IMG/VR virus record: IMGVR_UViG_3300025697_000013
Span: 22,904 to 86,903 of that record
From: a virus
Reading direction: 5' to 3' (one strand)
DNA: 64,000 bases
Every line of letters begins with the position of its first letter. The first letter of the stretch is position 1. Below, piece by piece: positions 56,342 through 64,000 of this stretch. A program made the position numbers and the translations under genes. The notes under the pieces are model-generated. The model was not told the DNA's origin and searched no databases. It was given only the letters and a program-made list of their open reading frames with translations.

Positions 56342-56778
56342 CAGCCCGTCCTCCGGAACCGAAGCACACGCCAGCCCAGGACAACCGGTTCCGCCAGGGC
56401 CTTGCAGCACATGGGGCAATGCTCATCCCCGGGCTTCCAGCCACCGGCAGCGAGTTCATCCCTCCCCATGCCACAGTGCGGACAAACAGGATCCACGTCA
56501 GCACACAGCGGACCCCACCCGTCGAACCGACCGCCTTCCAAGGTCCCGAACAAACCGTTCAGCACGCCGAGCAGACCGACATCGCACAGCCCGTCATCCT
56601 TCGTCGTCCCAGGCTGCAGCCCAACCTGCACCGTCGGATGATTAGCCAGCGCATCCCCACACGGCACCCGGGCGTTGCACATCAGCGCACTCACCGCGTC
56701 AACGTCCAACGCCAGCAGCTCGTTCAGAAATCCGATCGTCTCATCCAGGGTTCTTAGGGTTCTTGTCTCATTGATCAT
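56341..56778 (-). CDS. hypothetical phage protein
   Basis: FLNELLALD...RVPC..ALANHPTVQV...VGLLGVLNGLFG; two CxxC motifs. Confidence 0.7.
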   Translation of the reverse strand: MINETRTLRTLDETIGFLNELLALDVDAVSALMCNARVPCGDALANHPTVQVGLQPGTTKDDGLCDVGLLGVLNGLFGTLEGGRFDGWGPLCADVDPVCPHCGMGRDELAAGGWKPGDEHCPMCCKALAEPVVLGWRVLRFRRTG

Positions 56779-56870
56779 CGCCAACCTCTCAACGACTCAG
56801 GAGGGGGCAGGGACAGGGGGCTCGGCCCCGCGCCAGGCCGCAGCCAGCACCGGGGCACAACAGCCCACGT

Positions 56871-57203
56871 CTACCCCAGATCCCGGTACCCCCACAACAT
56901 CGCCACGCACGGCTCCGCCACCGGATCACCCGGCACGCCGCCGGCATTCGTCACCACTCGAACGTGCGTCGCCAGCAACGGCCACCCGTTCCCGTCCACC
57001 AGCGACACCTCGGTGCTCGCTGTCACGTTCGAAGCCAAGTCCACGAACGAATCTCCACCGTCGTACGACACCTGCAGGTCAACATCCCAGGCAGTGCCGG
57101 TGATCCGAAACACCACCTGCTTCTCACGCAGATGCTTCACCGACCGGGGATCACCAGACACCGGAGCCGTCGTCGGAACGTTCACCAAGAAATCCTGCAG
57201 CAT
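56871..57203 (-). CDS. hypothetical beta-rich protein
   Basis: 110 aa, GGAGGGG RBS. Confidence 0.7.
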   Translation of the reverse strand: MLQDFLVNVPTTAPVSGDPRSVKHLREKQVVFRITGTAWDVDLQVSYDGGDSFVDLASNVTASTEVSLVDGNGWPLLATHVRVVTNAGGVPGDPVAEPCVAMLWGYRDLG

Positions 57204-57320
57204 CTTCCCCTCCTGGACTCAACCACTCCGCCTCGCTCACCTCTCCACGACGCACACTCTACCACCAGCGTGGATCGCTGCGCAAGAGGGTCATGAGATG
57301 GGAGACTGCGGAGGTGGTAG

Positions 57321-57394
57321 TCGGGGTGGCCGGATTCGAACCGACGACGTCCTGGTCCCAAACCAGGCGCGCTACCAGGCTGCGCTACACCCCG
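57321..57394 (-). tRNA. tRNA-Pro (TGG), no encoded CCA
   Basis: CGGGGTGTAGCGCAGCCTGGTAGCGCG-CCTGGTTTGGGACCAGG...GGTTCGAATCC..CACCCCGA. Confidence 0.95.
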
Positions 57395-57397
57395 AAG

Positions 57398-57468
57398 CAA
57401 GCCGACCGGGAATCGAACCCGGGTCTGCGGTTTTGGAGACCGCTGTTCTGCCGCTGAACTATCGGCCC
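57398..57468 (-). tRNA. tRNA-Trp (CCA), no encoded CCA end
   Basis: GGGCCGATAGTTCAGCGGCAGAACA-GCGGTCTCCAAAACCGC...GGTTCGATTCC. Confidence 0.93.
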
Positions 57469-57486
57469 ATGCTGTCAGAACTCCAG

Positions 57487-57559
57487 AGCCCCGGAAGGGA
57501 TTCGAACCCCCCACCCGCTGATTACAAAACAGCCGCTCTACCGAATGAGCTACCGAGGC
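57487..57559 (-). tRNA. tRNA-Thr (TGT), no encoded CCA
   Basis: GCCTCGGTAGCTCATTCGGTAGAGCG-GCTGTTTTGTAATCAGC...GGTTCGAATCC. Confidence 0.92.
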
Positions 57560-57687
57560 CTAATTGTCTGAGTGAATCGAGATCAGGTTGTCACAGAACA
57601 GACCAACGCTCGCCAGGCCAACTGCCTGGCACCATCGGTGTCGTGTGACCGGGGAGGAGAATGTGGTTCGTGACCTTCATGGCCAGC

Positions 57688-57717
57688 AATGTAGACCAAG
57701 GCGAGAAGCGTTGTCAA
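57688..57717 (-). promoter_or_regulatory. sigma70-like promoter TTGACA-N18-TACATT of the tRNA cassette
   Basis: Near-consensus, about 130 bp upstream of tRNA-Thr. Confidence 0.75.
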
Positions 57718-57737
57718 GAGAGAAGACGACGGGGGGA

Positions 57738-58292
57738 CTACGGGAGCCTCGCAAGCGGACCACGGTAGAGCACCAGCCGCTTCTCAGTGTCGCCCCACAC
57801 CCGGGGACCACGAGAGTGCCCTGCCGGACGACGCGCCCCGCGCCCAGTCGTCCACCCCAGACTGCGGTACCCAGCCCGCTTGAAGCACGCACCGAGATTC
57901 TTCGCATCGCCCTGCGACACCATCGTCTCCCAGTGCACAGGCTCCCAGCCGTAACGACGAGACCAATCGGCAGCAGCAGGCCCATGCCACAGACGGAGTA
58001 GATCTCCACTCGACAACACACGCTGCGAGCGGGGGACCACGACTCGGTAAATGAAGCAGCACACAGTCTGAGGCAACGGACGGATGTCAGCGATCCCAAG
58101 ACGACGCCGAGGAGACAAAGCGTAGGCTGGCTCGCCGAGACCAATCCACCCGACCACGATGCCGTCCTCGTGGATCCTCCACGCCTGCTTCTTCCCGGGA
58201 GGAGCACCAGCGCTCTCTGTGTAGTGCTCTCGAATCGCCTTCACGAACCATGGATCCCATGTCGAAATCGGCATGAACGCTACCTCGGCCAC
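57738..58292 (-). CDS. Mom-like / DUF4338 (DruA)-like GNAT-fold protein
   Basis: HY, VGWIGLG, DWSRRYGWEPVHWETMV, GACFKRAGYRSLGWTTGRG. Confidence 0.7.
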   Translation of the reverse strand: MAEVAFMPISTWDPWFVKAIREHYTESAGAPPGKKQAWRIHEDGIVVGWIGLGEPAYALSPRRRLGIADIRPLPQTVCCFIYRVVVPRSQRVLSSGDLLRLWHGPAAADWSRRYGWEPVHWETMVSQGDAKNLGACFKRAGYRSLGWTTGRGARRPAGHSRGPRVWGDTEKRLVLYRGPLARLP

Positions 58293-58936
58293 ACAACACC
58301 TCCTCGCTCAATCTGCTCACCAACTACCATCTCAGCCGACCACACGCAACTCCATCTTCCTCCACCACCGGACCAGCACCAACACTCGACCACTGCACGA
58401 GAGGCGCGATGGGGCGCGATGGGTCGGGCGGTTGGGTCGGGGTCGGGTGGGGGGGGCGAGTTCAAAAAGTGGGATTTTTTCGCGGGGGTTGGAGGGGGGT
58501 GGGTTACGGCTAACCGGGGCCATATCGCCCGGTTTTTTGACCCCCGGTGCCCCCCCTCTACTGGACCACTGCTATCATTATTCCGACCTCAGAATCGGCG
58601 GTGCTGGCAGGCCAATTCAGGGGGGGGCCGCGCTGAAATCTTCACAGGCACAGCAGAGGGGTACGGCGGACTGGGGGCGGCGCGGCGGGCCCGGCGGACC
58701 CGGGGCAAGAGACCACCGGGGCCAGGCTCACCCCCTCCCCCCGGGTCAAGTTTCTACGGTGAGTGCGACGAGGACTGCGACGGAGGTTCTGTGGATGGTG
58801 CGCCCCCCATGCGGCCCCGCTCTGCGACGGAGACGACGGGGACTGCGACGGGGACGGGTCAGGGTCGGGGTTCGGTGCCGGAGGTCCCCCCCCCCGGTCA
58901 AAAGTTGGGGACGTTTGCGTTGAGAAGCACACAGCA

Positions 58937-59518
58937 CTACCCCTCCCCCTGGGTGGTATCGCCGTGCATGGCGTCCCACGCCTCAACCAAGAAGTCCTGG
59001 AAGTTCGTAACGCTGCTGTTTAGCCTATGTCCGTGCTTGTCTCCCCAGCAAAGCGGTAGTTGTCGAACCGCCTCACCTCCAAACCGTGCCCCTTTCATTG
59101 TTTTCACGAACTCGTCACGACGTAGCCCTCTAGTCAAGGACCCCTCCTCACTGCTCTTTTCCGGCCATATGACGTGAGCTAGAGCATGGCAATTCGGGCA
59201 AAGCACCGCCACGTTCGAGATGTCGTTAGGTCCGCCCTTGGAGTAATGCCAAATGTGATGAACAGCCATAGGGGGTCGGCTGGTGTTTACCAAAAGCCTC
59301 TCAAGGCACGGGAAGGAGTAACCGCAAACTTCGCACACCTCCCCGTACTGATCTAACGCAGCAATCCTAAGCGCCGACTTCTCTTTGGTTGTGCGCCGCA
59401 GTGCTTTGGTTGGCTTCTCTCTGTCGCCAACGTCAATACAGCGTGTGTCCATCCTCATCGCTGACCCCCTGTCCATGTCAACATCTGGAGGATACCACAA
59501 ACATGGAGCGGCTATCAA
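58937..59518 (-). CDS. HNH endonuclease
   Basis: CEVCG...VHHIWHYSKGGPNDISNVAVLCPNCHALAH; lower GC than flanks; start uncertain. Confidence 0.88.
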   Translation of the reverse strand: MIAAPCLWYPPDVDMDRGSAMRMDTRCIDVGDREKPTKALRRTTKEKSALRIAALDQYGEVCEVCGYSFPCLERLLVNTSRPPMAVHHIWHYSKGGPNDISNVAVLCPNCHALAHVIWPEKSSEEGSLTRGLRRDEFVKTMKGARFGGEAVRQLPLCWGDKHGHRLNSSVTNFQDFLVEAWDAMHGDTTQGEG

Positions 59519-59631
59519 ACGAGGGGCGACTCCGTTTGTCCGATAAGTGCTACTATGTCAACTCGTTTCGGAATGGTAAAGAAATCAGCTAGTTAGGTGG
59601 TTCCGTTTTGTCCTGGGGGGATATTCATCTA

Positions 59632-60462
59632 TTAGAACCGCTTGTTTTCTTGTGTGGTTGTTGCCTGTCCAGCCCCCTTTTTCCCCTTCGTCGAGTCGCT
59701 CATGATGCGCTCAGAAAGGCTTTCGAGGTCCAGGGCCCCGTCCGTCTTGGTCGGGGCCTCGGTGGGCACACGGGCAGGCTGTGGGGCAGGGGCCGGGGGA
59801 TCCGAGGGGGCTGCCAGGAGATCAGGGATATCTTCGGCGATGGGGGGCGGTTCAATAGCGGGCGGTCCATCGCTGTCGTCCGGGGCGACGAAGAGGTGGC
59901 TGTTGGGGTCTCGCTCCGGAACGTACCCCGGCGCCATGAACGAGACCAACTCCGGGGGGAGCTCCCCACGCATGGCCAGGCCCTCCAGGGCTGCGTCGTC
60001 CAGGGTGGCGATCTGGTCCTCGACTCCACCGCCGCCCTCCATCCCCGCGTCAATGGCCGCCTGGAGCAGGACGTGCTCCCGGGTCAGGACCTTGTCCAGC
60101 GAGTCGGTGATCCGGATCAGATCCCCGCTCTTCACGCCGGTGGCCTTCGCTGCATCCCGGAGCCGGCCCTTGACGGTGCGGATCAGCGCGAGGTTCTCAC
60201 CGATGACCGTCCGAGGATCGTTCTCCTCACGCCGCTGGGCCTCCATGGCAACCCTGGCGAAGCGGTCTCGGATCGCTTCGAAGCCCCGCTCCGGCCAGCC
60301 CTCCTCCACTGCTTTTTTCGCTGTCTGATAGGCGACGCCGCATGTCTCTTGAACCCGCGAGATCGACGGGTCGCGCACGTAGATTTGAAACATCCTCTCA
60401 TACAACTCTCTAGTAACTGCTCCTCTTCTCTGCTGAGTCTTCTCCACTCCTGGTGGTTGCAT
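59632..60462 (-). CDS. HTH protein, candidate terminase small subunit
   Basis: SISRVQETCGVAYQTAKKAVEEGW HTH, helical middle, LDDAALE motif; start uncertain. Confidence 0.5.
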   Translation of the reverse strand: MQPPGVEKTQQRRGAVTRELYERMFQIYVRDPSISRVQETCGVAYQTAKKAVEEGWPERGFEAIRDRFARVAMEAQRREENDPRTVIGENLALIRTVKGRLRDAAKATGVKSGDLIRITDSLDKVLTREHVLLQAAIDAGMEGGGGVEDQIATLDDAALEGLAMRGELPPELVSFMAPGYVPERDPNSHLFVAPDDSDGPPAIEPPPIAEDIPDLLAAPSDPPAPAPQPARVPTEAPTKTDGALDLESLSERIMSDSTKGKKGAGQATTTQENKRF

Positions 60463-60832
60463 TCTTCTATTACTACGCACTCTATCGGGGGTAGTTGAAT
60501 CAGTAGGCTTCATGGTTATAACTGGAGTGTGTACGTTGTTTCCGGATGGAGGGGAGTTGTGGTTGAGCAGTGGGGTTCGGCGCGTTGCATGTTGTGGCTC
60601 GGTGGTTATCGAGCTGGGAGTTATTGTATGCTGGGCCTGGTGGTAGAGAAGCTGGGAGAGGGGAGGTCCGGTAGTTGTATCCAAGGGTCATGGCAGGATA
60701 ATACAGAGCAGGGTTGCTGGATGTCAAGGGTTCTGTGGTGGTAGTGTTCGATCTGGGGTGGTTGTATTCTAGGAAGGGGTCCTTGGTAGATTCAGAGATA
60801 CTGAGGGGAGTCATAGTTAGAGTGAGGGGAGA

Positions 60833-60860
60833 CGGCGCGCGTGCACGTGGACGCGCGCCG
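60833..60860. repeat. 10-bp perfect inverted repeat CGGCGCGCGT-N8-ACGCGCGCCG
   Basis: Read directly. Confidence 0.8.
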
Positions 60861-61079
60861 CGTGCGGGGGTCGCGTTTGCCGTGGGATTTAGCTGGCTGA
60901 CAGTGGTGTGGGGTTGTTGTTCCGGTCCCCTGTGGTTCCCCTTTGCTATGTCCGGCTGCGGTGTTTGTAGTTGGGTGTGAGGGTGGTGGTTCGGCAGTGA
61001 GTTGGTGGTTTGATTCTCGCGTCGCGTGTGTGCGTGGGCTCGTGCGTGCGTGCGTGTGCTCGCTCGCGTCCGCGTCATG

Positions 61080-61388
61080 GGTTTAATTCAGTTTTAAGAC
61101 AGAGCGTAGTATTAGAGATAGCAGTCATAAGTCAGTCATAAGAGAAGTAGAATATAAGATGGGAGACATATATTAGAAACCCTTTAGCATAAGAGTTAGA
61201 TTCTAGGATGCGCGTGTGATGCGCGTGCGTGACGCTCGCGTGATGCGCGAGGGCTTTGGGGGTGCGGCGGTGGTTGGAGGGGGCGTGGTGGCGTGGTGGG
61301 AGTGTTGTGATATCGGGGGGTTGCGTGGGTGGCTCGACGATTGATCGACGAACGTTCGACGAATGATCGTAGAATGATCGACGAATAT
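61080..61388. other. putative replication origin (AT-rich tract + iterons)
   Basis: AT-rich tract 61080-61207 and five 11-bp repeats at 61334-61388. Confidence 0.55.
61334..61388 (+). repeat. five tandem 11-bp repeats, consensus TCGACGAATGA
   Basis: TCGACGATTGA TCGACGAACGT TCGACGAATGA TCGTAGAATGA TCGACGAATAT. Confidence 0.92.
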
Positions 61389-61419
61389 GGAGAGTGGGTG
61401 TGGCTGAGGGTGGGATCGC

Positions 61420-61662
61420 TCATCCAAACAGCTCGCAGCAGTCCCGGCGGTCGACGATCAGCATCCCGAGGAGGTCTATCCAAATGGCGACATCATCGTG
61501 GTTGAGCTGGCAGTGCGGGAACCAGACGACATGCAACTCGGTGTCGTCGAGGTGGTGGAGGCAGCCAGCCTTCTTGAGGCGTCGGAGGACGACTATCCGC
61601 TTGTCGTCGTCCTGGAGCTGTCCATGCCTGACCTTGATCTTGTAGGCGTAGAGTGCAGTCAT
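61420..61662 (-). CDS. hypothetical protein
   Basis: 80 aa, AGGAGGAG RBS. Confidence 0.7.
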   Translation of the reverse strand: MTALYAYKIKVRHGQLQDDDKRIVVLRRLKKAGCLHHLDDTELHVVWFPHCQLNHDDVAIWIDLLGMLIVDRRDCCELFG

Positions 61663-61796
61663 GTGGTCTCCTCCTGTGAAATCTAGTAGTTATGGTTCCT
61701 GTGGTGAAGCGTAGCTACGGTCGGCGGGGGAAGCAAGTCGAGGAGGGAAAGAGGCAGTGAGGTTCGGGGGCTGGTCGCCTGGGCCAGTGCGACGGA

Positions 61797-61838
61797 TCGT
61801 CGAAAGTAGTTGACAGGGGGAATCGGGGACGGTAGAGG
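61797..61838 (+). promoter_or_regulatory. TCGTCGA box + promoter TTGACA-N17-TAGAGG
   Basis: Upstream of the only plus-strand operon. Confidence 0.55.
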
Positions 61839-61875
61839 TGGAGGAGGTTGACGAGGAAACAGCGAGGAGGAGGCC

Positions 61876-62298
61876 ATGCAGTATCGAGGGAGCCGGGAGG
61901 ACCCTGGCGCCGAAGTTATCACCAAAGCGAGAGCGCAGGACCTGAACCCTCGGTGGGCGCTGTGGGAGGTCTGCACCGGTGGTGGACCGAACCATGAGTT
62001 CATAATCTGGGTCCAGGTGAGGCTTCCCCCATCTCTGACTGTCGACATGTGCTTCCAGGCGACAAAGAAGGCCATCAACGATGCGGAGGAGAAGGTCCTC
62101 CGGGAGTTCGCGGCGGAGCACCCTGGCTATCCAGACGAAGTGGAGATAGCGCTGGTGACTGAGTTTGAGGACGGGAAGGTGATCACGCGTCTCGGTATGC
62201 CTGCAATCGAGGTGAAGCCTGGCAATGTGGTCCAGGTGATCAACATGGGCGCACTGCGGAAGGCGATCGCTATCCATGACGAGACGGGAGGTGGGTGA
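61876..62298 (+). CDS. hypothetical protein
   Basis: GAGGAGGAGG RBS, 140 aa. Confidence 0.75.
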   Translation: MQYRGSREDPGAEVITKARAQDLNPRWALWEVCTGGGPNHEFIIWVQVRLPPSLTVDMCFQATKKAINDAEEKVLREFAAEHPGYPDEVEIALVTEFEDGKVITRLGMPAIEVKPGNVVQVINMGALRKAIAIHDETGGG

Positions 62299-62663
62299 TG
62301 CGAAGTAAAGCGAAGTTGGTGCTCGCCATCCTGGCCGTCGTGGTGGCCCTGGTGCTTGGGATCGGGATGTGGTTCGTGGTGCCGGTGGAGTATCTGCCGG
62401 TGATGGGCTTGGGGTGCATGGTGTCCGTTGCGGCCACTGGTGTGATGCGCCAATTGCGTCGGAGTACCAGGAACCCGAGAGGCAAGGGGCCCTACTACTT
62501 CGACGGGAAGCGGTGGACGCCGGTGGACGGCATGAGTGCCAGCGTCCCCGGTGTACGCGTCGAGGGCGGATACCAGCCCAGCGGACCAATGTCGTTCGAA
62601 TTCGTGCCGCGGCCTCCGCACAGTGGAAGCGGTGTCACCAAACTATGGCGGGGAGGGGGATGA
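62295..62663 (+). CDS. membrane protein (2 TM)
   Basis: Hydrophobic N-terminus; overlaps both neighbours. Confidence 0.65.
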   Translation: MMRSKAKLVLAILAVVVALVLGIGMWFVVPVEYLPVMGLGCMVSVAATGVMRQLRRSTRNPRGKGPYYFDGKRWTPVDGMSASVPGVRVEGGYQPSGPMSFEFVPRPPHSGSGVTKLWRGGG

Positions 62664-62884
62664 TGGATAAGCCGTTGACGGTCGCCGAGATCCGGAAGCT
62701 GTGGGGCGGAGCGCACGCTGGTATGTTCAAGGTGGCGAAGCACATTGAGGCGGTCCACTTGTTGCTGGGTGAGGTGGATCGGCTGGGTGCGGAGTTGGAG
62801 ACAGCGGAGGAGGCTTGCGGGGACGCGGCAGCGGAGGTGCAGCGACTGCGCACCCTGCACGAGGACGAGGAGGGAGGTGCTTGA
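62660..62884 (+). CDS. small coiled-coil hypothetical protein
   Basis: MMDKPLT...LLGEVDRL; ATGA overlap. Confidence 0.6.
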   Translation: MMDKPLTVAEIRKLWGGAHAGMFKVAKHIEAVHLLLGEVDRLGAELETAEEACGDAAAEVQRLRTLHEDEEGGA

Positions 62885-63312
62885 TGCACCGGATGACCGA
62901 CGAGGAACTTCTGGCCGCCCGTGAACCTTGCCCGTTCTGCGGGGCACCGCGCGTGAACGTCTACGAAAAGAGCATTGGACAATTGCAGTCCATTCCCGAC
63001 GCCAATTATTTCATGTGCGGCACGTATATGGAACCAGGCAAGAAAGAAGAGGCGCACAGGAGGTGGAGTTGTCGACAGATCGAGATATTGCGACGGGCTG
63101 CGCAGAGGGCGCTGGCGTTCTTCGAGACAATGCGTGTGCCACAGAACATCGAAGAGGCCGGGATGCAAGTGTGGCAGGGCTCGATGGTCATCGACTCGCT
63201 GCGGAGTGCTCTGCATGAGGACGACGCGGGGGACACGACCCTGGCCCAGGAGGGCCTTGCCGAAGTCAATGCCCATGCCCACCCCGAATGGAAGGACGAA
63301 GAGGGAGCATGA
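62884..63312 (+). CDS. hypothetical protein with PCPFCG motif
   Basis: TGATG overlap; GGAGG RBS. Confidence 0.65.
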   Translation: MHRMTDEELLAAREPCPFCGAPRVNVYEKSIGQLQSIPDANYFMCGTYMEPGKKEEAHRRWSCRQIEILRRAAQRALAFFETMRVPQNIEEAGMQVWQGSMVIDSLRSALHEDDAGDTTLAQEGLAEVNAHAHPEWKDEEGA

Positions 63313-63553
63313 TCCGCTGCTGAGCGCGGACCTCCTCGGTTATCATCCTTGGAATATTTCACGTTGAATTTGCAGACAGCCGGTGCTACGTGCGCGGGCT
63401 TGCACGTCCCGGGCCAGGGACGCAGATGCGTGAGGGGGTAGGAGGCGCTGTGTGGCCTGGTAGCTTGGGGTGGGAGCATCCGGGGCCGTCGTCGCAGTCA
63501 ACGGCGCTGGTGGGGGGCTACGGGCCACGCGGCCCTGTCGGTGCAGGGGTTGT

Positions 63554-63709
63554 CTAGGGTGAGTCCTTGGCGTCGCAGAACACCTCGTGGGCATCCAGGC
63601 ACTCCTCGCAGAACGGTCCAGCGCCACACCACCCACAGTAGAGCGAGTCGTCGTGTCTGCCTGCGCGGCCAGTAGGCTCGCCGCATTCGATGCAGAGCTC
63701 TTCCTTCAT
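63554..63709 (-). CDS. small zinc-finger protein
   Basis: CIECGEPTGRAG..DSLYC..C..GPFCEEC. Confidence 0.65.
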   Translation of the reverse strand: MKEELCIECGEPTGRAGRHDDSLYCGWCGAGPFCEECLDAHEVFCDAKDSP

Positions 63710-63927
63710 CGATCCTCCTCGTCGTCGACCTGGCACAGGGGGACAGCCTCATTGTCGCAGGAGCCGACGTCGGGGCAGCCGCGGCAGTCCTCCGGGTCCT
63801 CGCCGGGGAGGACGAACAGGGACGGGTCTGCTATGGCCGCGGCGACCTCGGGGGGCTCGAAGCCCTCTGCCCAATCGATCCCGACGTGGGTCGGGTCGAG
63901 AGGCCCGTCGTGAGTGAGGTATTCCAC
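63706..63927 (-). CDS. small acidic Cys-containing protein
   Basis: 73 aa; ATGA overlap. Confidence 0.5.
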   Translation of the reverse strand: MEYLTHDGPLDPTHVGIDWAEGFEPPEVAAAIADPSLFVLPGEDPEDCRGCPDVGSCDNEAVPLCQVDDEEDR

Positions 63928-64000
63928 GAGCCCAGGTCCGCTGCTCCTCGTGACGGCTCCACAACTTACCTCGATGCCTTCCTTCTGGCTGAACAGCCGC

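Larger units (their letters stand above)
1..64000. mobile_element. Tailed phage / prophage region with contractile tail (Caudoviricetes, myovirus morphotype)
   Basis: Portal, TerL, MuF, capsid, sheath, tube, tape measure, baseplate, endolysin and a phage replication module; no host housekeeping genes seen. Confidence 0.96.

Noticed and set aside
57738-58292. Druantia defence system
   Set aside because: Only a short DruA-like domain; no DruE helicase or other partner genes
61334-61388. CRISPR or mini-array interpretation of the short repeats
   Set aside because: 11-bp units with no spacers and no cas operon
60500-61483. ORFs 60500-61078, 61196-61483 and 61203-61427 as genes
   Set aside because: Low-complexity Thr/His/Pro/Arg translations of skewed repeat DNA with no convincing RBS

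Overview
About 64 kb of a high-GC tailed-phage (myovirus-type) genome or prophage, coded almost entirely on the minus strand. Reading in the direction of transcription (right to left): a putative origin region and terminase-small-like gene (59.6-61.4 kb); an HNH nuclease, a Mom/DruA-like GNAT and three tRNAs (Thr-TGT, Trp-CCA, Pro-TGG); portal, large terminase, MuF minor head protein and scaffold-like genes; a Dam methyltransferase fused to an XkdF-type prohead-protease domain; major capsid protein; an HxH-repeat fibre; neck genes; a contractile tail (sheath, tube, frameshifted chaperone, tape measure, baseplate, fibre); membrane lysis genes; then a separately promoted replication/recombination operon (N4/N6 MTase, degenerate Cas4/AddB-like protein, putative annealase, SbcDC, initiator, Twinkle-like primase-helicase, RecD2, C5 MTase, RuvC, endolysin, HTH regulator, SSB). 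I saw no integrase, DNA polymerase, CRISPR array or reverse transcriptase. Three observations stand out. (1) A head-assembly polyprotein joins an apparently intact adenine methyltransferase to a prohead protease whose third catalytic motif sits in the next gene, and two neighbouring head proteins share a C-terminal WGxDL(A/N)D motif; this suggests a methyltransferase packaged in the capsid and released by the protease. (2) An 11-bp-periodic TCGWCGA iteron array lies next to an AT-rich tract about 49 kb from the initiator gene, and the same box sits 6 bp upstream of the -35 of two promoters, including the one driving the replication operon. (3) The genome encodes four DNA-modification enzymes. 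All family assignments come from my recognition of motifs, not from database searches.
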